Below are positions 39,427 to 48,065 of a stretch of DNA of 64,000 bases, piece by piece. The stretch lies in assembly GCA_965198945.1 (NCBI GenBank), contig CBDAQI010000013.1, forward strand, positions 191,160 to 255,159, written 5' to 3'. Source of the DNA: Thermodesulfobacteriota bacterium. GTDB lineage: Bacteria > Desulfobacterota_D > UBA1144 > Nemesobacterales > Mycalebacteriaceae. The first letter of the stretch is position 1, and the number at the start of each line of letters is the position of its first letter. A model generated the notes under the pieces. That model did no database searches and had not been told where the DNA came from. It worked only from the letters and a program-made list of their open reading frames with translations. The translations under genes were made by a program, and so were the position numbers.

Positions 39427-41358
39427 ATGAAAAGCGGTATATTCAAGAACATATTTATCTGGTTGCTGATTTTTGTCGCACTTGTAACCTTCTACCAGTT
39501 TAAGGACTCGTCAAGCAATGTCCGGCTGGAAATATCCTACAGCGATTTTCTCTCACAACTTGAAAGCGAAAAAATCAGCGAAGTTAAAATCACCACTGAG
39601 AACGGACTTGTTGAAGGCGCTTTTATACAGGGGTTTGTGCCTCCGCAGGCTGTGATGGAAAATTCCGTGCCTTCCGATAAAGATCCGGCCGAACCCTTCA
39701 GATTCAAAACATTCGGCCCCCTGAATCAGGACATCCTTCTCCAGAAACTAATGAGTCAGGGAATTAAATTCAGCTATGAAAAAGATTCCGACCGGACACT
39801 GGGGCAAATTCTCATAAGCTGGGGGCCGTTCCTTTTTCTTATACTTCTTATGCTTCTTTTTCTGCGCCAGGTTCAAGCCGGCGGTTCCAGGGCGATGTCT
39901 TTCGGGAAAAACAAAGCCAAATTACTGAATATGGAAAAAGGCAAAGTAACATTTGACGATGTGGCCGGAATAGATGAGGCAAAAGAAGAAGTCGGAGAGA
40001 TAGTTGAGTTTCTCAAAAACCCCGCGAAATTCACTTCAATTGGAGGCAGGATTCCCAAAGGGGTTCTGCTTGTGGGTTCTCCCGGAACCGGAAAAACCCT
40101 GCTAGCGCGCGCAATCGCCGGAGAAGCAAATGTGCCTTTTTTCCTAATCAGCGGAAGCGATTTTGTTGAGATGTTTGTGGGCGTCGGTGCGTCAAGGGTC
40201 AGAGACCTTTTCAGCCAGGCAAAAAAGAACTCGCCCTGCATAATATTCGTGGATGAGCTCGATGCGGTCGGCAGGCACAGGGGAGCCGGGCTCGGGGGTG
40301 GACACGATGAAAGGGAACAAACCCTGAATCAGCTGCTTGTTGAAATGGACGGTTTTGAAAACAATGAAGGCACAATAGTTATGGCCGCCACCAACCGCCC
40401 TGACGTTCTTGATCCTGCGCTTCTGCGGCCCGGAAGATTTGACAGACAGATAGTGGTCCCCAGACCCGACCTCAAAGGACGGGAGTCAATTCTTCAAGTT
40501 CACTCAAGAAAAGCGCCTCTGGAAAAAAATGTTGACCTTGCAATGATCGCCCGCTCAACACCCGGTTTTTCCGGCGCAGATCTTGAAAATCTTGTCAACG
40601 AGTCCGTTCTTCGCGCGGCGCGTGAAGGAAGAAAAACCGTGTCAATAGAAGACTTTGAATTCGCAAAAGATAAGGTCATGATGGGGTCGGAGAGGAAAAG
40701 TCTTGTAATCAGCGAGAAAGAGCGCGAAATCACCGCTTATCACGAAGCCGGTCACGCCCTTGTGGCAAAACTTACACCGGGCGCAGACCCCATACACAAA
40801 GTCACAATCATCCCGCGCGGCATGGCTCTCGGAGTAACTCAGCAGATTCCGGAAGAAGATAAATACACACAGTCGCGCTCTTATTTGAACACGGTAATAA
40901 TGGTTCTTCTGGGTGGACGCGCGGCGGAGGAAATTGTATTCGGGGAGCGAACAAGCGGAGCCGGCAACGATTTGAAACGAGTTACGGAAATTGCTAGAAG
41001 AATGGTCTGTGAATGGGGAATGAGTGAAAAAATAGGCCCCATATCACTCGCCAAGACTGACGAACAGGTTTTTCTCGGAAAAGAATTTGCAAAAAGCGCT
41101 GACCACAGCCAGCAGACCGCTGAAAAAATAGACATGGAAATTAAATACATTGTGGAAAAGAACTATGAAAAAAGCATGAAACTTCTCAATGACAACATAG
41201 ATCTCCTCAAAGCGGTCGCCCGGAGGCTTCTTAAAAAAGAAAATATCACCGGGAAAGAAATTGATGAAATAATGGAGTCTTCCAAACTTTTCGCCAAGCA
41301 CTTCAAAACCCCGAATTCGCAGATGGAAAAAACTCCGAAAATATCGTCCGCACAATAA
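39427..41358 (+). CDS. ftsH: ATP-dependent zinc metalloprotease FtsH
   Basis: Two TMs, [39 protein letters not shown]. Confidence 0.98.
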   Translation: MKSGIFKNIFIWLLIFVALVTFYQFKDSSSNVRLEISYSDFLSQLESEKISEVKITTENGLVEGAFIQGFVPPQAVMENSVPSDKDPAEPFRFKTFGPLNQDILLQKLMSQGIKFSYEKDSDRTLGQILISWGPFLFLILLMLLFLRQVQAGGSRAMSFGKNKAKLLNMEKGKVTFDDVAGIDEAKEEVGEIVEFLKNPAKFTSIGGRIPKGVLLVGSPGTGKTLLARAIAGEANVPFFLISGSDFVEMFVGVGASRVRDLFSQAKKNSPCIIFVDELDAVGRHRGAGLGGGHDEREQTLNQLLVEMDGFENNEGTIVMAATNRPDVLDPALLRPGRFDRQIVVPRPDLKGRESILQVHSRKAPLEKNVDLAMIARSTPGFSGADLENLVNESVLRAAREGRKTVSIEDFEFAKDKVMMGSERKSLVISEKEREITAYHEAGHALVAKLTPGADPIHKVTIIPRGMALGVTQQIPEEDKYTQSRSYLNTVIMVLLGGRAAEEIVFGERTSGAGNDLKRVTEIARRMVCEWGMSEKIGPISLAKTDEQVFLGKEFAKSADHSQQTAEKIDMEIKYIVEKNYEKSMKLLNDNIDLLKAVARRLLKKENITGKEIDEIMESSKLFAKHFKTPNSQMEKTPKISSAQ

Positions 41359-42245
41359 TGAAAAACAGCCCTTCAAAGAAGCAACTCCATCAGAAACAAC
41401 CCTTTTTTAAAGCAGGAAACAAAATTCTTGACACATCAAAAACTCTCTTAATGGGGGTGCTGAACCTGACACCCGACTCTTTTTATGAGGCCAGCAGGTG
41501 CGGTGCGGTTGATAAATCTCTTTTCAGGGTTGAACGGATGCTGACAGACGGAGCGGACATAGTTGACATGGGAGCGGAATCCACCCGCCCCGGCTCTGTG
41601 CGGATTTCCGAGGAAGAAGAGAAAAACCGCCTAATGCCCGTTCTTGAAAAATGTGCAAGAGAGTTTGGAGACGCGGTTTTCTCGGTGGATACGACAAAAG
41701 CGGCCGTTGCAAAAGACGCCCTTAAAAACGGAGCCTCAATGATAAATGACATAAGCGGCCTGACATTTGAGGATTCAATTGCGCACAGTGTTGCTAGTGC
41801 GAAAGCGGCAATAGTTCTTTCACATACCTCCGGCCGTCCCGACATAATGCAAAAAAAAACGGCATATACCCGCGTTGTCGGAGACATAATTGAGAAATTG
41901 GAAAAATCGGTTTCCAAAGCCGTGGAAGCGGGAGTGCGGACCGAATCAATAGCCATTGACCCCGGAATCGGTTTCGGCAAAACTGAAAATCAGAATCTTC
42001 AGATACTCAACCGTCTTGATGAATTTTTCCAAATGGAACTGCCTGTTTTAATAGGAACATCGCGCAAGTCTTTTATCGGAAAAACTCTGGGAGGCCTGCC
42101 GCCGGAAGAGAGACTTGAGGGAACGGCCGCAACAGTGGCGATAGCCATCATGAAGGGAGCTTCAATTGTGCGAGTTCATGATGTGAAGGAAATGGCGCGG
42201 GTGGCAAAGATGTCAGACGCCATAAAAAAAGAGATGGCGGCATGA
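41358..42245 (+). CDS. folP: Dihydropteroate synthase
   Basis: MGVLNLTPDSF, ESTRPG, DPGIGFGK, SRKSF, RVHDV. Confidence 0.96.
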   Translation: MKNSPSKKQLHQKQPFFKAGNKILDTSKTLLMGVLNLTPDSFYEASRCGAVDKSLFRVERMLTDGADIVDMGAESTRPGSVRISEEEEKNRLMPVLEKCAREFGDAVFSVDTTKAAVAKDALKNGASMINDISGLTFEDSIAHSVASAKAAIVLSHTSGRPDIMQKKTAYTRVVGDIIEKLEKSVSKAVEAGVRTESIAIDPGIGFGKTENQNLQILNRLDEFFQMELPVLIGTSRKSFIGKTLGGLPPEERLEGTAATVAIAIMKGASIVRVHDVKEMARVAKMSDAIKKEMAA

Positions 42246-43057
42246 ACGAATTGATTGAAATTTTTTCGCTGGATTTTTCCGGCGGCTTCAGAATAAGAGA
42301 CACCATAGACATAATAGCCGTTACGGTGATTGTTTATAAACTGATAGGGCTGCTTGAAGGGAAACGCGCCATACAGATGATAGTGGGCCTGTTTTTCATT
42401 TTCGTTTTCTACCTTGTTTCCGGGAAACTGGAAATGTTCACAATAAACTGGTTTCTCGGTGAATTTCTAAGCGCAATAGTCGTAATTATAGTGGTGCTTT
42501 TTCAAAGCGACATAAGAAAAGCTCTCGCAAGCATAGGACGAGGCTCGCCCTTTCAGAAATTTCTCAAACATTCGGACTACAATGAGAGCGTGATTGATGA
42601 AATAGTCAAAGCGACAAACTATATGGCAAATAACAAAATCGGCGCAATAATTGCGGTTGAAAGAATGAACAGTCTGATGGATTATGCTGAGGACGGAATA
42701 GCCATCAATACGGAAATATCAGCGGAAATGCTGATAAGCATTTTCAATCCGGGCTCGCCTCTTCACGATGGAGGGGTGTTGATTCAGAGAAACAAAATTA
42801 CTTCCGCAGGCTGTTTTTTCCCGATAGACACAAATCCCGAAATTCCCAACAACTTTGGAACGCGCCATCGTGCGGCGCTGGCCTTGTCAAATGAAACGGA
42901 TGCCGTCACCATTGTGGTATCTGAAGAAAGAGGAGAAATTTCGCTGGTTTTGCAAGGTGAAATGAAGTCCGGAATGGATGTAACAACCCTTCGAAGCGCT
43001 CTTATTTCCTCCCTTGAACGCCGCGAGTCCGGAGAAAAAAGTCATGAAGCCGCCTGA
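42242..43057 (+). CDS. cdaA: Diadenylate cyclase CdaA
   Basis: Three TMs, LHDGG, GTRHRAA, VVSEE. Confidence 0.94.
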   Translation: MNELIEIFSLDFSGGFRIRDTIDIIAVTVIVYKLIGLLEGKRAIQMIVGLFFIFVFYLVSGKLEMFTINWFLGEFLSAIVVIIVVLFQSDIRKALASIGRGSPFQKFLKHSDYNESVIDEIVKATNYMANNKIGAIIAVERMNSLMDYAEDGIAINTEISAEMLISIFNPGSPLHDGGVLIQRNKITSAGCFFPIDTNPEIPNNFGTRHRAALALSNETDAVTIVVSEERGEISLVLQGEMKSGMDVTTLRSALISSLERRESGEKSHEAA

Positions 43058-44051
43058 AAAAAAGGACGAAAGCAAGGAAAAAAGTCCCTATCAGAAAAAA
43101 TCGCGCCTGCGGGTTTTTTCAGTGAATATCGGGCGTCTTGCCCTTGCGGCTTTTTTCGCAGTCGTGATGTGGTTCACCGCCAACTATGAATCCGATTTGG
43201 AGAAAGATGTTGAAATACCGATCAACTACCTCAACCTTTCGGAAGATTTTATAATAAGCAACAGACCCTACCTCCCAAGCTATATTAAACTGAGAATCAA
43301 GGGAACGCGCAGTCAGGTTTCATCCGTTTTGAAAACCAACACCTCAATCAACATAGACTTGACAGACAGAGCGGAGGGAATTTCCTCCCACGAGATAAAT
43401 CCGGAGTCGGTCAGCCTTCCGAGAAATGTGCAAATTGTCAGAATAAGTCCGCGTGAAATTGTTCTGGACATAGACACAATCTTTGAGAAATTTGTGCCGA
43501 TAAAACTTGAGATGGGGCCGCCGCCACTGGGATATAGAGTTGAGGGAGAGCCTGAAACCAGTCCTTCAACAGTCAGCATCAAGGGGCCGGGAAAAGTCAT
43601 GCGCGACATCAATGAAGTTAAAACCATTCCGGTTGCTCTCGCCAAAGAGAAAACAACTTTTTCGGTGGACGTGGGTCTGGTATCGCCAGATTCCCGTGTT
43701 ACTTTCCCGGAAACTCAAATTGTAAAGGCGACGGTTAGAATAATTGAACTGGAAATAGAAAAAACCTTCAAAAACCTTAAAGCCAAAATCAGGAACGCCT
43801 CGGAAGACGAAGAATATAAAATGGAACCTGAAACGGTTGACATAAAGTTTCAGGGTCCCCGCTCTCTTGTAAACAATCTTCACGGTGAAAATATAGATAT
43901 ATACGCCGATATTAAAGATGTTGAGAATTTCCCCGAAGGCGACACAAAAAACTTTCCCCTTTTCCACAATTATCCAAATAGTGACAAAATCCGGGTTGTG
44001 GAAATCATGCCCGGCAAAGTGGCAATAACAAAGCAAGGTGCGGAGGAATAG
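43044..44051 (+). CDS. cdaR: CdaR/YbbR-repeat protein
   Basis: ATG 43044; single TM then YbbR-like repeats (IKGT, P.TV.IKGP, PETVDIKFQGP); lies between cdaA and glmM. Confidence 0.85.
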   Translation: MKPPEKKDESKEKSPYQKKSRLRVFSVNIGRLALAAFFAVVMWFTANYESDLEKDVEIPINYLNLSEDFIISNRPYLPSYIKLRIKGTRSQVSSVLKTNTSINIDLTDRAEGISSHEINPESVSLPRNVQIVRISPREIVLDIDTIFEKFVPIKLEMGPPPLGYRVEGEPETSPSTVSIKGPGKVMRDINEVKTIPVALAKEKTTFSVDVGLVSPDSRVTFPETQIVKATVRIIELEIEKTFKNLKAKIRNASEDEEYKMEPETVDIKFQGPRSLVNNLHGENIDIYADIKDVENFPEGDTKNFPLFHNYPNSDKIRVVEIMPGKVAITKQGAEE

Positions 44052-45422
44052 TTGCCGGCGGGGTTATTCGGCACGGACGGGATACGGGGAATTTCCGGTC
44101 TTTTTCCTGTAGATAAAAGGGGCGCCGGCAAAATCGGTTCGGCGATTGCCCGAGTTTTTTTGAAAAAAGGGGGAGAGTCGCGCGTTGTTATCGGGAGAGA
44201 CACGAGAAAGCGCGGAAAAACACTTCAGGAAAACCTCTGCGGAGGACTTATGTCCGGCGGAGCAAAAACCGTTTGTGCGGGAATCTGCCCCACCCCCGCC
44301 ATTGTATCCCTGCTTCTTGAACAAAAAGCGGATGCCGGAATCATGATTTCCGCCTCACATAACCCTCCCGAATACAACGGCTTCAAAATATTTAATTCCA
44401 AAGGGTTCAAGATTGACAGGAATGTGGAAACCGAGATTGAAAACGTTTTTGAAGAATTGAAAGACGCTCCCGCTCTTGAGAGCTCGGAAAGAAAAGTGGC
44501 GGAAAATTCCGCATGGCGTCAAATATACTCTTGCTCTCTTGAGTCATCCGTTTGCGGGAAGCGAAATCTTTCGGGAATAAAAATCGCTCTTGACTGTGGA
44601 AACGGAGCGATGTTTGAAATCGCGCCGGAGGTTTTTGAAAAAACCGGCGCACAACTCTCACATACAGGTCGGGAACCTGACGGTGAAAACATAAACAAGG
44701 GCTGCGGAAGCCTTGAAACCGGGCGGTTGGCGGAAGATGTGAAAAAAAACGGCGCGTTTCTCGGAGCCGCACTTGACGGAGACGGAGACAGAGTCACTTT
44801 CTGCGATGAAAACGGAAATGAGGTGGACGGAGACAGAATAATAGCTCTTTTCGCGCGCGAAATGCTGGAAAACGGAACATTGAAAAAACCATGTGTCGTA
44901 ACAACTGTTATGAGCAACAAGGGACTTGAACTGTTTTTTGAAAAAAATGGAATACATATGCTCAGAACCGATGTGGGAGACAGAAATGTGGCGGAAGCAA
45001 TGAAAAGGGAAAATATCAATTTAGGGGGTGAAAAATCGGGACACCTGATTTTTTCCGACCATTCAACAAACGGAGACGGTTTGCTTGCAGCCCTTTTTGT
45101 CGCGGACATTGTAAAAAGAAAAAATAAACCTCTTTCACAAATCCTGCCGGAATTTGAGATGTTTCCGCAAATTCTAAAAAATGTCCGGGTTTCCCGAAGA
45201 AAGGAGTTTGAGCTGATATCAGGTCTTCCGGAAACTGTTGCAAAACTTGAGAAACAGCTTGGAAAAGGCGGAAGAATCCATCTCCGTTATTCCGGAACGG
45301 AACCGCTTGCGAGAATTCTTGTTGAGGGAGCGTCTCAAAATTCTGTTGAAAAAACGGTCGATGAGATCTCAGCCGTTATTGAAAGTTCAGTTGGAGAAAA
45401 AAGTGGCGGAACTCAATGTTAA
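44052..45422 (+). CDS. glmM: Phosphoglucosamine mutase
   Basis: FGTDGIRG, ISASHNP, DGDGDR, GGEKSGH, RYSGTEP. Confidence 0.96.
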   Translation: MPAGLFGTDGIRGISGLFPVDKRGAGKIGSAIARVFLKKGGESRVVIGRDTRKRGKTLQENLCGGLMSGGAKTVCAGICPTPAIVSLLLEQKADAGIMISASHNPPEYNGFKIFNSKGFKIDRNVETEIENVFEELKDAPALESSERKVAENSAWRQIYSCSLESSVCGKRNLSGIKIALDCGNGAMFEIAPEVFEKTGAQLSHTGREPDGENINKGCGSLETGRLAEDVKKNGAFLGAALDGDGDRVTFCDENGNEVDGDRIIALFAREMLENGTLKKPCVVTTVMSNKGLELFFEKNGIHMLRTDVGDRNVAEAMKRENINLGGEKSGHLIFSDHSTNGDGLLAALFVADIVKRKNKPLSQILPEFEMFPQILKNVRVSRRKEFELISGLPETVAKLEKQLGKGGRIHLRYSGTEPLARILVEGASQNSVEKTVDEISAVIESSVGEKSGGTQC

Positions 45423-46116
45423 CATAGACCACATAGCGACAATCAGACAGGCACGGGGCGGAACGGAACCGTCTCCCGTAAAAGCCGCACTTGTGGCTGA
45501 GAAAGCGGGAGCGTCGGGTATTGTCGCACACTTGAGGGAAGACAGACGGCATATAAGCGATAAAGACCTTTACGAACTGAAAAAATCCATTAGTACAAAA
45601 TTGAATATGGAAATGGCGGCAACCAATGAAATGGTTGAAATAGCTCTGTCGGTCTCTCCCCATATGGCGACTCTTGTGCCCGAAAAAAGAGAGGAATTAA
45701 CAACCGAAAACGGTCTTGAAATATCAGGGAATCAGGAGCGGATAAAAAATGTGATTTCCGTGCTTTCGGAAAAAGGCATAGAGGTGAGTCTGTTTATAGA
45801 CCCGAGTTTTGAGCAGATAGAAGCTGCGGCGGACATAGGAGCAAAATGGGTTGAAATACACACGGGAGGGTTCGCGGAAGATTCTCCGGATCAGGACAGG
45901 GAAAAAGAATTTGAACTTATAAAAAATTCGGTTTTATATGCGCTGGATCTTAAACTGCATGTTTCCGCCGGGCACGGTCTTGACTATACGAATGCGGGTA
46001 TTATCTCATCAATAAAAGGCGTTGAGGAATTGAACATAGGGTATTCAATAGTTTCAAGGGCGGTTTTTGACGGCATGGAACGTGCGGTGAAAGACATGAT
46101 TGAGGTGATGGGTTAA
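45403..46116 (+). CDS. pdxJ: Pyridoxine 5'-phosphate synthase
   Basis: Start re-assigned to GTG 45403; LNVNIDHIATIRQAR, HLREDRRHI, AGHGL, ELNIG. Confidence 0.95.
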   Translation: MAELNVNIDHIATIRQARGGTEPSPVKAALVAEKAGASGIVAHLREDRRHISDKDLYELKKSISTKLNMEMAATNEMVEIALSVSPHMATLVPEKREELTTENGLEISGNQERIKNVISVLSEKGIEVSLFIDPSFEQIEAAADIGAKWVEIHTGGFAEDSPDQDREKEFELIKNSVLYALDLKLHVSAGHGLDYTNAGIISSIKGVEELNIGYSIVSRAVFDGMERAVKDMIEVMG

Positions 46117-46195
46117 GAGACCGGTTAGACAGCGGAATCGCCCGGAGTTTTTCGTCCTTTCAATTTATTCATAAATTTTTGACAAAAATAAGAGA

Positions 46196-46464
46196 CCGGA
46201 TTTCCACGAGATTTTGTCACCGTTGAAAGATTGCACCCATGGGGGTGGGGCAGAATCCCCGGTCCCGTAATTCCTATAGCCCAATAGGCACTATTGCATC
46301 TCTCTCGTCATTCCTATACCCCGATAGGAACTATTGTATCTCTCTCGTCATTCCCGTTTCTTCTCCGTCATTCCCGCATCCTCTCCCCTGTCATTCCCGT
46401 GGAAACGGGAATCCAGTATTCCGACAAATTTCTGTCATAAACCTCGGATTCCGTGTCAGGCAGA
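46196..46464. repeat. Palindromic repeat cluster 1 (CGTC/dRS3-type)
   Basis: Five GT(C/A)ATTCC starts at 46266, 46306, 46346, 46366, 46389; full unit GTCATTCCCGTGGAAACGGGAATCCAGTATTCCGACAA at 46390-46427. Confidence 0.9.
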
Positions 46465-46568
46465 TAATTACAGGGGGCAAGTTGGCCGTTTTTTAATTCA
46501 ACAACCGGTTCATTTCTCATCAGCAACCCTCTTAAACACAGCTTTTTATCTTTTTTTCATATTTTTAG

Positions 46569-46629
46569 TTGCCAACAAAAACAGTTTTTCCCTATAACAG
46601 TGCATAACCAAAATTTAATTCATAGGAGG
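46569..46629 (+). promoter_or_regulatory. Promoter and RBS of island gene 1
   Basis: TTGCCA-18 nt-TATAAC, AGGAGG at 46624-46629. Confidence 0.55.
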
Positions 46630-46637
46630 ATAATACT

Positions 46638-47777
46638 ATGGGAACAAATTGGAAACTAAACAGTGTGTTTAACGGCGATGTGGAATTGTCCAAGGAAGAC
46701 ACTTACTACAATGTGGGCAGCTACGCGGTTCCACAAGACAGGATGCTGCTTATTACGGCGCGATTGAAATACACGCTGTTTGATCCTATCTCCAGAGGAC
46801 TGCCCTTCCCGGTAAAGACACAGACCTTTGCTGGTATGGTTTCGTCCAACTTTCTAAGGGAAGGAGGGGTTAGATACCTGGAGCTAGAATGCGGGCAGTT
46901 CAAAATATCGAGAGCGGTTTTGCGTGATTTTGACACGAAACTTGTGGTAAAAACTGAAGGAAGTGGCCATCAGTTGCAGATTGCAAAATGCTGTGAGGCG
47001 TCTGATGATTCAAAAGAGGAGGGAGGTTCTGTTGATGAGTGCCGGGAGACTGAAAAAAAGAAGAAAGTTCCGGGCGTGTTTAGAGAGGATCGTATCTCTT
47101 TTATTCCAACCAGCGATATAGAGGTGGAGATTTCTGAGGTTAAATCGGACCTTGCCGATGGGGAGGTAACAAACCCGAAGATTGCAGATGGGGCTGTTAA
47201 TACATCCAAACTTGCCGATGCGGCTGTTACTGCAGATCAAATTGCTGACCTTACAATAACACGGGAAAAATTGGCGTTTCGCATAAACGGTGCTGAGCCG
47301 GGGCGTAACACTATTCGTCCATACCATTTTCACGATTCAAAAGAGGTAACCAGACTAATATGCGAACCCATTTTGTTATATTCATCATCAAATAATTCTC
47401 ACACAACAAATGAAATAGTAACTCTGTCAGAACCAATTTTTAATTTTACTGATGTGGAGTTTTGCATCCGCACATCAGGGGGTGATGGCGCATATAATGG
47501 ATTGAATGCGGGCAAGGTTAGTGTGGGATGTGTTTTGCAGTCGGGAACATCAAACGGTTCCGGTCTTCTTCTTGTATCAGACCAAAATGGTCGACATGGA
47601 GAGGATAGGATTGAAATCAGGCGTGTTACATCATCAAACAACACTCGTTGGCGAATAATTAGGGAACAAGCGGGAGGGAGTTCTCCAACATTCCGCACAG
47701 TATCAGTTCGCGGGTTTCATCGCATTGCGGGGAACTATACCCGGGCTGAGCTTGATTTAATCAACGGGGGTAATTAG
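46638..47777 (+). CDS. Orphan phage tail-fibre/receptor-binding-like protein with (L/I)ADxxVTxxK decapeptide repeats
   Basis: LADGEVTNPK-IADGAVNTSK-LADAAVTADQ-IADLTITREK (47151-47276); C-terminal LLYSS...IVTLSEPIFNFTDVEF resembles fibre head motifs; strong RBS. Confidence 0.6.
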   Translation: MGTNWKLNSVFNGDVELSKEDTYYNVGSYAVPQDRMLLITARLKYTLFDPISRGLPFPVKTQTFAGMVSSNFLREGGVRYLELECGQFKISRAVLRDFDTKLVVKTEGSGHQLQIAKCCEASDDSKEEGGSVDECRETEKKKKVPGVFREDRISFIPTSDIEVEISEVKSDLADGEVTNPKIADGAVNTSKLADAAVTADQIADLTITREKLAFRINGAEPGRNTIRPYHFHDSKEVTRLICEPILLYSSSNNSHTTNEIVTLSEPIFNFTDVEFCIRTSGGDGAYNGLNAGKVSVGCVLQSGTSNGSGLLLVSDQNGRHGEDRIEIRRVTSSNNTRWRIIREQAGGSSPTFRTVSVRGFHRIAGNYTRAELDLINGGN

Positions 47778-47826
47778 CAGCATAGCTAATCCAATCTTCT
47801 GAAAATGTGAGGAATTAGTTCTGTAG

Positions 47827-47863
47827 AAATTGAACGGGGAGTTTTTGCCTCCCCCTTCAATTT
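47827..47863 (+). terminator. Hairpin terminator after island gene 1
   Basis: AAATTGAA-c-GGGGAG loop CTCCCC-c-TTCAATTT followed by ATTC. Confidence 0.6.
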
Positions 47864-47896
47864 ATTCGGGCAGTTTTGTTTTTATCAAATAAAGAG

Positions 47897-48012
47897 ACTG
47901 GATTCCCACTTTCGTGGGAATGACGGGACAGAGCAATTTTTTGTGTTTCTCTGTCATTCCCTTGAAAACGGGAATCCAGTATTCCGACAAGTCCTTTCAT
48001 AAAAGCCGGATT
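47897..48012. repeat. Palindromic repeat cluster 2 (back-to-back pair)
   Basis: Reverse unit ACTGGATTCCCACTTTCGTGGGAATGACG (47897-47925) and forward unit GTCATTCCCTTGAAAACGGGAATCCAGTATTCCGACAA (47953-47990). Confidence 0.92.
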
Positions 48013-48065
48013 TTGAAAAAGCCCTTTATTCACATAAACTTTTTTTCAGGCAGCGGTTTTTCAAA

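Noticed and set aside
46239..46597. Short ORFs 46239-46496 and 46334-46597 (also 50538-50789)
   Set aside because: They are translations of the palindromic repeats with no RBS or protein-like features.
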